Source: Flaccisagitta enflata | Taxonomy: Eukaryota | Reading direction: 5' to 3' | NCBI GenBank assembly: GCA_965153355.1 | Contig: OZ231126.1 | Span: 5,704,001-5,768,000, forward strand | DNA: 64,000 nt | Part shown: in pieces, positions 43,661 through 57,310 of the stretch | Layout: every line of letters starts with the position of its first letter | Position numbering within the stretch: position 1 is the first letter of the stretch | Made by a program: the position numbers and the translations under genes | The notes under the pieces: model-generated | What the model saw: only the letters and a program-made list of their open reading frames with translations | What the model was told of the DNA's origin: nothing | Database searches by the model: none

Positions 43661-46600
43661 TCAGTCTGCGTGGTCCTTGCCAGTGGCCACGGAAGCCGTA
43701 CCCACAGCCGTACCCACGGCCGGTGCTGTGGTCATGGAGTCTGAGGAAGCCGTTGAAGCGGTTTCTAAGCCAGCTAAAGCCGAGTACAACTCCTCCGCCA
43801 TGTCCTCTGTCAATACGTGACCTGATGAGCAAAAGGACAAGACTATACAAAATGGTCGCCCGCGTCTCGCCTCTGAGCAACATCTGAGTGAATAGGCGAC
43901 TGATTCAATGGAAGACTTAATGAACGACTGAATGGAAGATTGAATGAATGGAAGATTGAATGAACGACTGAATGAACGACTGAATGGAAGACTGAATGGA
44001 AGACTGAATGAAAGACTGAATGGATAGTTAGATACAGTTAAGCTTCACTAGAAGGCATTTGAAGGGACCGACTCATTCTATGCCTTCAAGGCGGGATGCC
44101 TTATTGCCGAGCATGACTTTCTTTATGGTTTACACTCATTTTTTTTCTCTCCTATAGACAGTATTTGTCAGATTGATCTAGCCATGCCATGTGGTAGTAA
44201 ACATTACATATTCAATTCTATACATACTTCTTAGAAACAAGAAGAGATGGAAGAGACAGACTAACAAACGATAATTGAAACCTGCAGACTAAAGCGAGCA
44301 GGCAACCATTTAATCACGAAAATTTTGCCTAAGTTAAAATCATTTCCACTGAAGCACGACGTCGTGCTTCAGTGGAATGAAGAATGACTATGCTTTTTAC
44401 AATTCGAGCTTCAGTGGAATTGGAAATAACTGATTTTGTCATTGTAGCAAAGATAATCTAAATAATTTTCATTTACTTTCATCTGAAGAAATCATCTCCT
44501 TTCTTTTTACCTTTTACTTTTTATCTTTACCTAAATAGACTTATTAGATAAAGAGAATATTGATATCAAAAGCAAAATATCTTTTACATTAACTAAGTTT
44601 TCATCACAATAAAAGATTAATGTTGGGAAAACTCATTTTCTTTCATAAAGATATACATTCATGTGACAGGCAAAAAATTTAGTCATGAAAACAAAACTTT
44701 TAAAAAAGAAAAAAAAATTAAGACATATTTTCTAAAGATAACAAATTATGACAAAAAGAAAAACCTATCTTTATTTGAATAAGAGAAACAAAAAGATTCT
44801 AATTGCACTGAAATGAGTTGTAGCGACCAATCAAAGAGAAACTGGATTGACTTTTTATTTCATTGCAATGTAAAAAGAGGTCAAGAGTCAATCCACTGAA
44901 GTACAAATTCCAATTCCACTGAAGCACGAAGTCGTGCTTCAGTGGAAAAGGGCCTTATTGGCCTCATTTCCAGCTCAAAGTTCGTGATTCAGTGACTAGC
45001 TCAAAGAGACGCTAAGTGACAGACAGTCAAACCAAGGGTAGATGGACGCAGCACAAGAGAAAAGCAGACAAGTAATGTTCTAAAATTAAGAATAAGAATT
45101 TTATCAATTTTCAGGATTTGTTTCTTACTTCTTACTTCAAATCGAGATTAGATACAGTGAATGATATTTGATGGTTGTGAGCGGCATTCTTTCTCCCGAT
45201 GTTGATGATTTCTGCACTTTCGTTTTCATCTTGATCGTCATCGTCATGGTGATGCATCGGGCTCGGTATGTCATCGAAACTCGAAAATCACCGACATCAT
45301 CATCACGATCATCGCTCTTGATAACCACAACCTTTCTTCATTTCCTTCTTCATTTTCTTTTTCATTTTCTCCTTCTTCTTCTTCTTCTTCTTCTTCTTCT
45401 TCTTCTTCTTCTTCTTCTTCTTCTTCTTCTTCTTCTTCTTCTTCTTCTCCTTCTTCTTCTTCTTCTTCTTCTTCTTCTTCTTCTTCTTCTTCTTCTTCTT
45501 CATCTATTTGCTCATCTTCTCCTTTTTCTTCTTCTTCTTCTTCCTCTTTTTCTTTTTCTTTTTCTTTTTCTTTTTCTTTTTCTTTTTCATTTTCTCCTTC
45601 TTCTTCTCCTTCTCCTTCTTCTTCTTCTCCTTCTTCTTCTTCTTCTTCTATTTGCTCATCTTCTCCTTTTTCTTTTTCTTTTTCTTTTTCTTTTTTTTTC
45701 TTCTTTTTCTTTTTCTTCTTCTTCTTTTTCTTTTTCTTTTTCTTCTTCTTTTCCTCTTTTTCTTCTTTTTCTTTTTCTTTTTCTTTTTCTTCTTCTTCTT
45801 CTTCTTCTTCTTCTTCTTCTTCTTCATGCCTTCTAGGCGAGCACAAAAAACCTTATCTCACACCTATTTTATGCCTTCGAGTGAAATTTGCCTTGTAGGC
45901 GGGTGCGCTATAGACGGGGTTCTTCAACAATAAAACTAAGGCAAAAAAGTTGGGACTTTTGAAATCATGCCATTTAGCGAGGGATGCCTTATTAGCGGGT
46001 GCGCTCTAGTGAAGCTCGACTGTACGTCACTAGATTGAAGGCTAATACGATTGACCCATTCTTACCATCTTCATCGCTGTCTTCGTCTCCAGTAGTGGTC
46101 TGGCATTCGTTATCGATGTGTTCCACTGCAACGTCTGATGTCGACGTTGCCGATTCTGATAAAGCGCGTTGACGGTTCAACTCTTCGGCGAATTGAATAT
46201 TGTATCGCTTGGAGAAGACTTCGATGTAGTAAGAAGCGCCGTTCCACGTGCCCCACGTGAAGATTAAAGCTGGAAAGAAGATACAGAGGAAATGGACAGA
46301 AATCAGATCACAAATAGATACAGTGGACTACTACCTTATTGGCACCTGATTTAACAGCATTTCGGATTTAGCAGCCAGGATACCTTGGTCCCAAATTTTT
46401 ATAGGCTTTTTTAATGTTAATTTTTCCTGATTTAACAACACCTGATTTTACAGCCAAATCTGATTTACAGGCGCTATTTTCTGGTCCCATTGAATAATTA
46501 TCCCCAATTCAAAGGCATCGATATAAGATTTCATCAAATTTATAGTAAATTTTTTTTCATCTTTCTATTCATAGATACATCATAGATACATCATAGATAC

Positions 46601-47973
46601 ATAAAAAAGTCAAAAAGGAAATGAGAATGAAAAAAATATGAAAGACAAAAATGAACAGTGAAATCCTAAAACTCAAAACTGGCATTGTGCACTTGTTTTT
46701 TTTCACATATTCATAGACTGATCCCTAGCCCTAACCTTACCCTACTCTTAACCCCAAAACCACTCCTCGCCCTAATCTCACGCCTAATACAACCCCTAAC
46801 CCTAAAACATTTCCTAGGACTCAACCAAATGAACATTTGTACAGAGAAATTTGAATAAAGATCAAGATGTATTGCTATTGTAGTATTCTTTATGTTGCTA
46901 AATAGCTTTGGTATCTTTTCTATGATAAAGATTCTTTTATATGTCAAAGTAAGCCTTACCGAGGTTATGGCTGTCAATCTGTTACTCAGTTTACCAGATG
47001 CATAAATGTTCAACCATTGCAATTCATTAAGCACATATGTTAGCATATTTAGCTTTGTTAGATATGATCTTTTTTTTGCAAAAAAAAATGGCAAAAAATT
47101 TGTAATTCGATTTAACAGCATTCAGATTTAACAGCCAAAATTACCTAGTCCCTTCAAGACCGTAATATCGGATTTCCACTGTATGAACATATCAAGATCG
47201 ATCGAAAGTTGGATTGATTGACAGATTGATGGTTCTAAGTATAGAATAATAGAAAGATCGACAGATAGAAAGATTCACAGAAAGAAGGTGATTGAAAAAG
47301 AGGACAAGGTCGATAAAAATACATGTACATATAATTATTGGAAAAAGATTGATACCACAACTCTGGATAAAGAGCAGCAGTTTATGGACAGACGGCAAGT
47401 ACAGACAGGTGAGAGGACCGGAAATTGAATAGAAACAAAGGTAGGATCAAAAGCCGGCAAAAGAAACAAGGCCAAGTGAAGGCCAATAAGTGCGCCTCGC
47501 TTGATTAAGATTTTGGGAATGAACATTTTATATGAATGAATGAATATATGAATGAATGAATGGATGAATGAATGAATGAATGAATGAATGATTGAATGAA
47601 TATGAATGTAGTGAGGCATGAAAGGTAATAGGAATGAAGAAATACGTCAGAATCAGCCATTTTGCGCAATTCAAACGTTTGCGTGACCGACCAACCAACC
47701 GACCAACCGACGGACATGACCTCTTATAGAAGTGCGAGGACGCACTTAAAAACCCACAAATATACTCACCTAAGTAGACGCAGCTGAGCGTGTAAGAGTA
47801 ATAAAGCATCGGGACGTGTAAGATAGTGATGACGGTGTAGGCGAGTTGGATCATGACGAACATGAGCTTGCACTTGAGCGTGGCCGGATCCAAGAACTCC
47901 CCTTCGCCCAAATAGCCCTTGGACCGCAGGTAATTGTGAATGGCCTTGTTCATGGAACTCTTACGGTCTTGAG
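43661..47973 (-). CDS. GPC1: Glycerophosphocholine acyltransferase GPC1/GPCAT-like (DUF2838), 3' exons only
   Basis: Exons 47973-47770, 46269-46066 and 43821-43661, joined by phase-1 introns. The translation KLMFVMIQLAYTVITILHVPMLYYSY...LIFTWGTWNGASYYIEVFSKRY matches the GPC1 C-terminal WNGASYYIxVF motif. The 5' exons were not found in the window, and the last exon is less certain. Confidence 0.75.
44344..44947. mobile_element. Element bounded by 34-bp palindromes
   Basis: TTCCACTGAAGCACGACGTCGTGCTTCAGTGGAA at 44344-44377 and a copy with one mismatch at 44914-44947; AT-rich interior. Confidence 0.6.
45332..45826. repeat. (CTT)n / (CTTTTT)n low-complexity tract
   Basis: Seen directly in the sequence. 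Confidence 0.92.
46321..47181. mobile_element. Tc1/pogo-type MITE with internal CCCTAA-like repeats
   Basis: TA|CAGTGG...CCACTG|TA, subterminal GATTTAACAGC motifs, and a degenerate CCCTAA tract at about 46722-46806. Confidence 0.6.
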
Positions 47974-48169
47974 CTAGATACGTAAACAACGCAGAGAGAG
48001 AAAGGAAGAGACAAGTTCAGATACATGTATTCAGGGTGGCAGAAACAGGGGCACGCGGGGCACGTCGTGCCTCGGACCAATAGATCAAAAGTCGGACTTA
48101 TAGATTTGAGGGAGAGAAAACAAGGGCGGATACACGGGCCAAGACGGTGCGCCGAGCGTTATTAATTCA

Positions 48170-48495
48170 TAGCTATCCCTAGCTCCATCAGACCCATCCC
48201 TAGCTCTATCAAACCATTCCTAGCTCTATCAGACCTATCCCGCCGGGCGTTATTAATCCATAGCTATCCCTAGTTCCATCAGACCATTCCTAGCTCTATC
48301 AGACCTATCCCGAGCTCTATATGGCCTTTCCCGAGTTCTATCAGACCTATCCCGAGCTCTATCAGACCCATCACCAGCTCTATCAGACCTATCTCCAGCT
48401 CCATCAGACCTATCCCCAGCTCTATCAGACCTATCCCAAGACCTATCCGACCTATCACCAGACCTATCCGACCAATCCCAAGCTCTATCAGACGT
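48170..48495. repeat. Minisatellite of about 20-22 bp (AGCTCTATCAGACCTATCCC) inside a HINE-like element at 48119-48604
   Basis: Tandem units lie between ACAAGGGCGGATACACGG and TAGAGGTGCTGTGGCGCATCTAAAA. Confidence 0.8.
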
Positions 48496-49337
48496 AACCT
48501 TAGCTGATTATAAATTATATTTTTAGCGATTTTTCATTCGAGCGTGACCGACGGATGGACGGACGGACAGAGCTTTTTATAGAGGTGCTGTGGCGCATCT
48601 AAAAATATAATGGTGAATGAAATGAATAAAATGAATGAATGAATGAATGAATGAATGAATGAATGAATGACGAGTAACATGATCTATGAAAAATATGAGT
48701 TCTGAAGTGACTTAACCGTAGAAAAATATAATGATGAATGAATGAATGAAATGAATGAATGAATGAATGAATGAATGAATGAATGAATGAATGAATGAAT
48801 GAATGAATGAATGATGAGTAACATGTTATATGAAAAAGATTAGTTCTGAGGTGACTCAACCGTAGAAAAATATGATGAATGAAATGAATGAATGAATGAA
48901 TGAATGAATGAATGAATGAATGAATGAATGAATGAATGAATAAATGAAGGAGTGAATGAATGACAAGTAACATGATCTATGAAAAAGATGAGTTTTGAAG
49001 TGACTTAAGTGTAGAAAAATATGATGAATGAATGAATGAATGAATGAATGAATGAATGAATTAATGAATTAATGACAGTCATGAGGCAATGGCTCTTGCG
49101 TTTTTTTCCGAATCATTTTCGATCACTTTCGCCTTTTTCAGAGATTTTCAACTCGAGCGTGACGTGACCAACCAACCAACCGACCGACCGACCAACAGAC
49201 AGAGCTTCTTATAGAGGTGCTATGGCGCACCTAAAAAAAGAGGTAGAGGAAAAAGAAAGAAAAAACAAAGAGAGAAAGGGAAAAAGAGAGAAAGGGAAAA
49301 AGAGAGAAAGGGAAAAAGAGAGAAAGGAGGAGAGAAA

Positions 49338-49393
<56 letters not shown>

Positions 49394-49999
49394 AAAATCT
49401 GAAGAGTAAAAATAATGTTTGTAAGTGCGCCAAAGCTGGAGCTGTGTCCGTTGGTCAGTCGGTTGATTGATTGGTCGGTTAATAGTCAGTAACGTAAATG
49501 TTTGATGAACCACACGGCGCACCTACTACCTAGGAAATAATTATAGAATCAACTTCAACCATAGATATCTTGACTTCTAAAAATGCTAAATAACTTTTTC
49601 AAAAAAAGCTTCAAAATTACAGTCCCCGACTGGGGACTGTAATTTTTGAAGCTTTCTCGTTGCGTAAACGCAACTCGATGAGATACACGACAAAACAGCA
49701 ATTTCAAAAAAAAAAAAAAAAAATATTCAGTATTGTTTTAATGATGACAAAACTTGATAATGATAACAATAGTGGATGATGATGATGATGACAACAATGA
49801 ATGATAATGACAACAAAAATCAAAGAAAAAAAAATATTCAAAAATTTTTGAAAAAAATTTCAAAAAAAAAAAATCAAAAAAATTTTCCATAAAAATTTTT
49901 CAAAAAATTTTTCAAAAAAATTTTTCAGAAAAATTTTTCATAAAAAAATTTTCAAAAAAATTTTCAAAATTTTTTTTTTAAATTTCTTTAAAAAATTTA

Positions 50000-50635
50000 G
50001 TGGATGAAGATGATGACAGTAGATGAAGATGATGACAGTAGATGAAGATGATGACAGTAGTTGAAGATGATGACAATAGTTGAAGATGATGACAGTAGTT
50101 GAAGATGATGACAGTAGCTGAAGATGACAATAGCTGAAGATGATGACAGTAGCTGAAGATGATGACAGTAGCTGAAGATGATGACAGTAGCTGAAGATGA
50201 TGACAGTAGTTGAAGATGAATCCTGAAATCCATGATGGCAAACTTAAAGAAAAAAATTAAAAAAAAAAAAGTTTCAAAAAAAAAAGTTTCAAAAAAAAAA
50301 AATTCAAAAAAAAAATCCAAAAAAATATTCAAAAAAAAAATTTTCAAAATTTTTTTTCAAAGTTGAAGATGATGACAGTAGTTGAAGATGATGACAGTAG
50401 TTGAAGATGATGACAGTAGTTGAAGATGATGACAGTAGTTGAAGATGATGACAGTAGTTGAAGATGATGACAGTAGTTGAAGATGATGACAGTAGTTGAA
50501 GATGATGACAGTAGTTGAAGATGATGACAGTAGTTGAAGATGATGACAGTAGTTGAAGATGATGACAGTAGCTGAAAATGATGACAGTAGCTGAAGATGA
50601 CAGTAGCTGGAGATGATGACAGTAGTTGAAGATGA
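50000..50635. repeat. 18-bp minisatellite (GAAGATGATGACAGTAGT) in two blocks
   Basis: Seen directly in the sequence. Confidence 0.9.
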
Positions 50636-50784
50636 ATCCTGTAATCCATGATGGCAAACTTAAAGAAAAAAAATGAATGAGCAAGTAAAAAAATTCATCA
50701 ACTCCAACCTTCTATATAAATCGCATAAGTCCTAGTAACATATTACTAGACAAATGAAGAAGTATATCATTATATCCTGGCAGC

Positions 50785-51600
50785 GAAATACAACCAGGAA
50801 AATACAACCAAGATAATACAACCAAGAAAATACAACCAGGGAAATACAACCAGAAAAATACAACCAAGAAAATACAACTAAGAAAATACAACCAAGAAAA
50901 TACAACCATTAGAATACAACCAAGAGAATACAACCAGGGAGATACAACCAAGATAATACAACCAAGATAATACAACCAAGAAAATACAACCAAGAAAATA
51001 CAACCAGGAAGATACAACTAGGGAAATACAACCAGAGAAATACAACCAGAGAAATACAACCAACATAATACAACCAAGATAATACAACCAAGATAATACA
51101 ACCAAGATAATACAACCAAGATAATACAACCAAGAAAATACAACCAAGAAAATACAACCAGGGAGATACAACCAGAGAAATATAACCAAAATAATACAAC
51201 CAAGAAAATACAACCAGAGAAATACAACCAGAGAAATACAACCAGAGAAATAAAACTAGAGAAATACAACTAGAGAAATACAACCAAAAAATACAACCAG
51301 AGAAATACAACCACGGTGATACAACCACATAAATTCAACCAAGAAGAAACAGCCAAAGATAAAGCCACGGAGATATAATCAGAAATACAACCACGGAGTT
51401 ATAACCAGAGAAATACACAGCCCTGATTTTAGAGCGGGCCCGCGGGCCCGAGGCCCGCATTTTTGCTGTCGGGCCCGCAAGTTTTTCCAACTGCGGGCCC
51501 GACGGGCCCGCTCATGTTTGGCTCATCACTTTTTATTAATGCTGAAGTGGTATATTGATTTTTTTTTGTTTCATCTATATTTCCTTCTCTTTTTTCTTTT

Positions 51601-51664
<64 letters not shown>

Positions 51665-54600
51665 ACTTTCTTTCTTCCTTTCTCACTTTCTTTCTCTTTC
51701 TTTTCTTTTCTATCTTTTTTTTTTGTTTCTTTCTTTATTTGTATGTTTCTTTCATTCTTTCCTCCTATTTCTCTTTTTTTTTTCTTTCTTTACTAGAAAC
51801 ATCAATTTTTTTTTGTTAGCAACCCTACAAGGGACGGACTCCTTTTGAACACAGGAGGACTTCCATACTTATTTGTCACTCCGTTTGTATGTTTATCCCC
51901 CTCCCTATCAGACCTCTTGGGCTTCAAATCAGGCCCATCAGGTCGGGTTTCGCAGAACACATTTACCCTTTGAGCAACTGTTTTTTTTTCTTTCTTTCTT
52001 TCTTTCCTTCCTTCATTTCTGTTTTCCTTTCTTTTTCTTTCTTTGTGTCTTTCTTTTCTTACTTCCTTTCTTTCTTTCCTCTGTTTTTTTATCTTTTTTC
52101 TCTTTTTTTTCCTTTCTTTCTATCTTTCTCTCTTTCTGTCTTTCTTTCTTTCTTTTGACAGTAAATTTGTCGGGCCCGCTGTTTTTCAGTCGGGCCCGCT
52201 AAATTTGATGGAAGCGTGCCCGACTGGCCCGCTCAGAAAAATCACTAAGATCAGGGCTGGAAATACAACCATGGAGATACAACCAGAGAAATACAACCAC
52301 GGAGATACAACCACAGAAATACAACCACGGAGATACAACCAGAGAAATACAACCAAAGATACAACCACAGAAATACAACCAGAGAAATACAACCAAAGAT
52401 ACAACCAGAGAAAGTAAAACAGAGAATGCTCAATACAACCAATGGTTGTTTTTTTTTTTAGAATTCCTGGTTGTGTCTCTCCTAGACTGGTTGTATTTCT
52501 TATTAACTCTGGTTGAATTCTCAAAGACTTTCTTTTTGTATTTCTTATTGACTCTCTGATTGTATTTTCCATCGACTCTTTAGTTGAATCTCTCATAGAC
52601 TTGTATTTCTCATAGACTGGTTGTATTTTTCTGAGACTCCCTGGCTGTATTTCTCATAGACTCTCTGGTTGTATTTCTCATAGACTCTCTGGTTGTATTT
52701 CTCATAGACTCTCTGGTTGTATTTCTCATAGACTCTCTGGTTGTATTTCTCATAGACTCTCTGGTTGTATTTCTCATAGACTCTCTGGTTGTATTTCTCA
52801 TAGACTCTCTAGTTGTATTTCTCATAGACTCTCTAGTTGTATTTCTCATAGACTCTCTGGTTGTATTCCGCCTAGACTCTCTGGTTGTATTCCGCCTAGA
52901 CTCGCTGGTTGTATTTCTCCTAGACTCGCTGGTTGTATTTCTCCTAGACTCGCTGGTTGTATTTCTCCTAGACTCGCTGGTTGTATTTCTTATAGACTCG
53001 CTGGTTGTATTTCTCCTAGACTCGCTGGTTGTATTTCTCCTAGACTCGCTGGTTGTATTTCTTATAGACTCGCTGGTTGTATTTCTCATAGACTCGCTGG
53101 TTGTATTTCTCATAGACTCGCTGGTTGTATTTCTCATAGACTCGCTGGTTGTATTTCTCATAGACTCGCTGGTTGTATTTCTCATAGACTCACTGGTTGT
53201 ATTTCTCATAGACTCTGGTTGTATCTCTCAAAGACTCTCTGGTTTTCTCTCTCATAGACTCTCTGGTTTTCTCTCTCATAGACTCTCTGGTTGTATCTCT
53301 CATAGACTCTCTGGTTGTATTTTTCATAGAAACTCTGGTTGTATCTCACAGCCACTTGTTTTAACTTATATCTCCCAGATATCATGGTTGTTTTTATTCT
53401 AGAAGCACTGCTTGTATTATGGAAAGAATAGACTCTCTGGTTGTATTTCTCATAGACTCTGGTTGTATTTCTCATTAACCCTGGTTGTATCTTTCTTTGA
53501 CTCTGTGGTTGTATTTCTTGTAGATTATCTGGTTGTATTTCTCATAGAATCTCCTATTACATTTCTTACCAACTGGTTGTATCTCTCATCGACTCTCTGA
53601 AATTATCTCTGGTCAACTCTCTGAATGTATCTCTCAAAGAAACTGGTTGTATCTCTCAGCCACTTTAGTTATATCTCTCAGATACTATGGTTGTTTTTCT
53701 CTTAGAAGCACTGGTTGTATTATGGAATGAAGCTCTGGTTGTTTTTCTCTTAGAAACACTGGTTGTATCATCTTTAATAGCTCTGGTTGTATTCTTCTTT
53801 AGAGTCCCTTTGAAGGCTGCTGGGCTGCTGCTGGTTGTATTTTCCTTAGGAACAAATTTTGATATGCTGCTGCTGCTGCTCTATTATAATATTAGGTAGG
53901 TATATAAGGATGGTTGGGGCTATAAGGCAGGGGTTTAAAGGGGGATTTACGCAGCAGCAGTCATACAGCGCAGCAATTTCATTAAGAAAACGAACCAACA
54001 AATGATTTTGTAGCAGCAGCCCCAGCAGAGCAGCACTAACACCAGAAAAATACAACCAGAAAAATACAACCAGAAAAATACAACCAGATAAATACAACCA
54101 GAAAAATACAACCAAACAACGTCAACCAAAGTCAACCAGAGAGATCTACAGAGAGATCTACAGAGAGTCAACCAGAGAATTTATACCAGAAAAATTTAAC
54201 CAGAGAAAGCAGAATATATCTCAACTTGATCATTACGGACAGACCAAAGAACCACAGAAAGTCAACCAGAGAATTTAAACCAGAAAAAATTAATCGAAGA
54301 AAGCGGAATACAGCCAATAGTTATATAAAAAAATACAACCAGAAAAATACAACCGCAAAAAGTCAACCAAAGTCAACCAGAGAAAATCAACCAGAGAAAA
54401 TCAACTAGAGAAAGTCAACCAGAGAAAGTCAACCAGAGAAAGTCAACCAGAGAAAGTAAACCAGAGAATGCTCAATACAACCAACGGTTGTTTTTTTTAA
54501 GAATTCCTGGTTGTGTTTTTCCTAGACTGGTTGTATTTCTTATTAACTCTGGTTGAATTCTCATAGACTTTCTTTTTGTATTTCTTATTTTCCATCGACT

Positions 54601-57310
54601 CTTTAGTTGAATCTCTCATAGACTAGTAGTATTTCTCATAGACTGGTTGTATTTCTCATAGACTCTCTGGTTGTATTTCTCATAGACTCCCTGGCTGTAT
54701 TTCTCATAAACTTGCTGGTTGTATTTCTCATAGACTCTCTGGTTGTATTTCCCATAGACTCTCTGGTTGTATTTCTCATAGACTCTCTGGTTGTATTTCT
54801 CATAGACTCTCTGGTTGTATTTCTCATAGACTCTCTGGTTGTATTTCTCATAGACTCCCTGGCTGTATTTCTCATAGACTTTCTGGTTGTATTTCTCATA
54901 GACTCTCTGGTTGTATTTCTCATAGACTCTCTGGTTGTATTTCTCATAGACTCTCTGGTTGTATTTCTCATAGACTCTCTGGTTGTATTTCTCATAGACT
55001 CTCTGGTTGTATTTCTCATAGACTCTCTGGTTGTGTTTCTCATTAACCCTGGTTGTATTTTCTTTTGACTCTGGTTATATTTCTTTTAGACTATCTGGTT
55101 GTATTTCTCATAGAATCTCTGGTTGCATTTCTTACCAACTGGTTGTATCTCTCGTCGACTCTCTTAATATATCTCTGGTCAACTCTCTGAATGTATCACT
55201 AAAAGAATCTCTGGTTGTATCTCTCAGCCACTCTTGTTATATCTCTAAGATACTATGGTTGTTTTTATCTTAGAAGCACTGGTTGTATTATGGAATGAAG
55301 CTCTGGTTGTTTTTCTCTTAGAAACACTGGTTGTATTATCTTTAATAGCTCTGGTTGTATTCTTCTTTAGAGTCCCTTTGAAGGCTGCTGGGCTGCTGCT
55401 GGTTGTATTTTCCTTAGGAACAAATTTTGATATGCTGCTGCTGCTGCTTTATTATAATATTAAGGTAGGTATATAAGGATGGTTGGGGCTATAAGGCAGG
55501 GGTTTAAAGGGGGATTTACGCAGCAGCAGTCATACAGGGCAGCAATTTCATTAAGAAAATGATCCAACAAATGATTTTGCAGCAGCAGCCCCAGCAGAGC
55601 AGCACTAACACCAGAAAAATACAACCAGAAAAATACAACCAGATAAATACAACCAGAAAAATACAACCAGACAATGTCAACCAAAGTCAACCAGAGAGAT
55701 CTACAGAGAGTCAACCAGAGAATTTATACCAGAAAAATTTAACCAGAGAAAGCAGAATACATCTCAACTTGATCATTACGGACAGACCAAAGAACCACAG
55801 AAAGTCAACCAGAGAATTTAAACCAGAAAAATTTAATCGAAGAAAGCGGAATACAACCAATAGTTGTATAAATAAATACAACCAGAAAAATACAACTGCA
55901 AAAAGTCAACCAAAGTCAACCAGAGAAAATCAACCAGAGAAAATCAGCAAGAGAAAGTCAACCAGAGAAAGTAAACCAGAAAATGCTCAATACAACCAAT
56001 GATTGTTTTTTTTTAGAATTCCTGGTTGTGTCTCTCCTAGACTAGTTGTATTTCTTATTACTCTGGTTGAATTCTCATAGACTTTCTTTTTGTATTTCTT
56101 ATTTTCCATTGACTCTTTAGTTGAATCTCTCATAGACTCGTAGTATTTCTCATAAACTGGTTGTATTTCTCATAGACTCTCTGGTTGTATTTCTCATAGA
56201 CTCCCTGGCTGTATTTCTCATAGACTTGCTGGTTGTATTTCTCTTAGACTTTCTGGTTGTATTTCTCATAGACTTTCTGGTTGTATTTCTCATAGACTCT
56301 CTGGTTGTATTTCTCATAGACTCTCTAGTTGTATTTCTCACAGACTCTCTGGTTGTATTTCTCATAGACTCTCCGGTTGTGTTTCTCATTAACCCTGGTT
56401 GTATTTTCCTTTGACTCTGGTTGTATTTTTTGTAGACTCTCTGGTTGTATCTCTCATAGACTCTCTGGTTGTATTTTTCATAGAAACTGGTTGTATTTCT
56501 TATAGACTCTCTGGTTGTATTTCTCATAGACTCTCTGGTTGTTTTTCTTATAGACTCTCTGGTTGTATTTCTCATTAACCCTGGTTGTATTTTCCTTTGA
56601 CTCTGGTTGTATTTCTTTTAGACTATGTGGTTGTATTTCTCATAGAATCTGTGGTTGCATTTCTTACCAACTGTTTGTATCTCTCGTTGACTCTCTTAAT
56701 ATATCTCTGGTCAACTCTCTGAATGTATCTCTCAAAGAAACTCTGGTTGTATCTCTCAGCCACTCTTGTTATATCTCTCAGATATTATGGTTGTTTTTAT
56801 CTTAGAAGCACTGGTTGTATTATGGAATGAAGCTCTGGTTGTTTTTCTCTCAGAAACACTGGTTGTATTATCTTTAATAGCTCTGGTTGTATTCTTCTTT
56901 AGAGTCCCTTTGAAGGCTGCTGGGCTGCTGCTGGTTGTATTTTCCTTAGGAGCAAATTTTGATATGCTGCTGCTGCTGCTTTATTATAATATTAAGGTAG
57001 GTATATAAGGATGGTTGGGGCTATAAGGCAGGGGTTTAAAGGGGGATTTACGCAGCAGCAGTCATACAGCGCAGCAATTTCATTAAGAAAATGAACTAAC
57101 AAATGATTTTGCAGCAGCAGCCCCAGCAGAGCAGCACTAACACCAGAAAAATACAACCAGAAAAATACAACCAGAAAAATACAACCAGAAAAATACAACC
57201 AGAATAATACAACCAGAAAAATGCAACCAAACAACGTAAAGCAAAGTCAACCAGAGAGATCCACAGAGGGTCTACCAGAGAATTTATACCAGAAAAATTT
57301 AACCAGAGAA
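50785..57310. repeat. Compound satellite: 15-bp (AAATACAACCAGAGA) and inverted 24-bp (TAGACTCTCTGGTTGTATTTCTCA) arrays in a higher-order unit of about 1.5-2 kb, repeated about 3 times
   Basis: The marker AAGGCTGCTGGGCTGCTG recurs at about 53813, 55381 and 56913; AATGCTCAATACAACC recurs at about 52425, 54467 and 55982. Confidence 0.88.
51418..52259. mobile_element. hAT-like MITE inserted in the 15-bp satellite
   Basis: TIR CAGCCCTGAT / ATCAGGGCTG; 8-bp TSD GAAATACA at 51410-51417 and 52260-52267; subterminal CGGGCCCG repeats. Confidence 0.85.

Noticed and set aside
43638-43883. 81-aa minus ORF with a signal-peptide-like start and Gly-rich tail
   Set aside because: It overlaps the better-supported last GPC1 exon (43821-43661), which is in another frame with a stronger acceptor and matching phase; not independently supported.
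52610-56575. MRNTTRES and VVFLIDSL repeat ORFs
   Set aside because: Translations of the 24-bp satellite.
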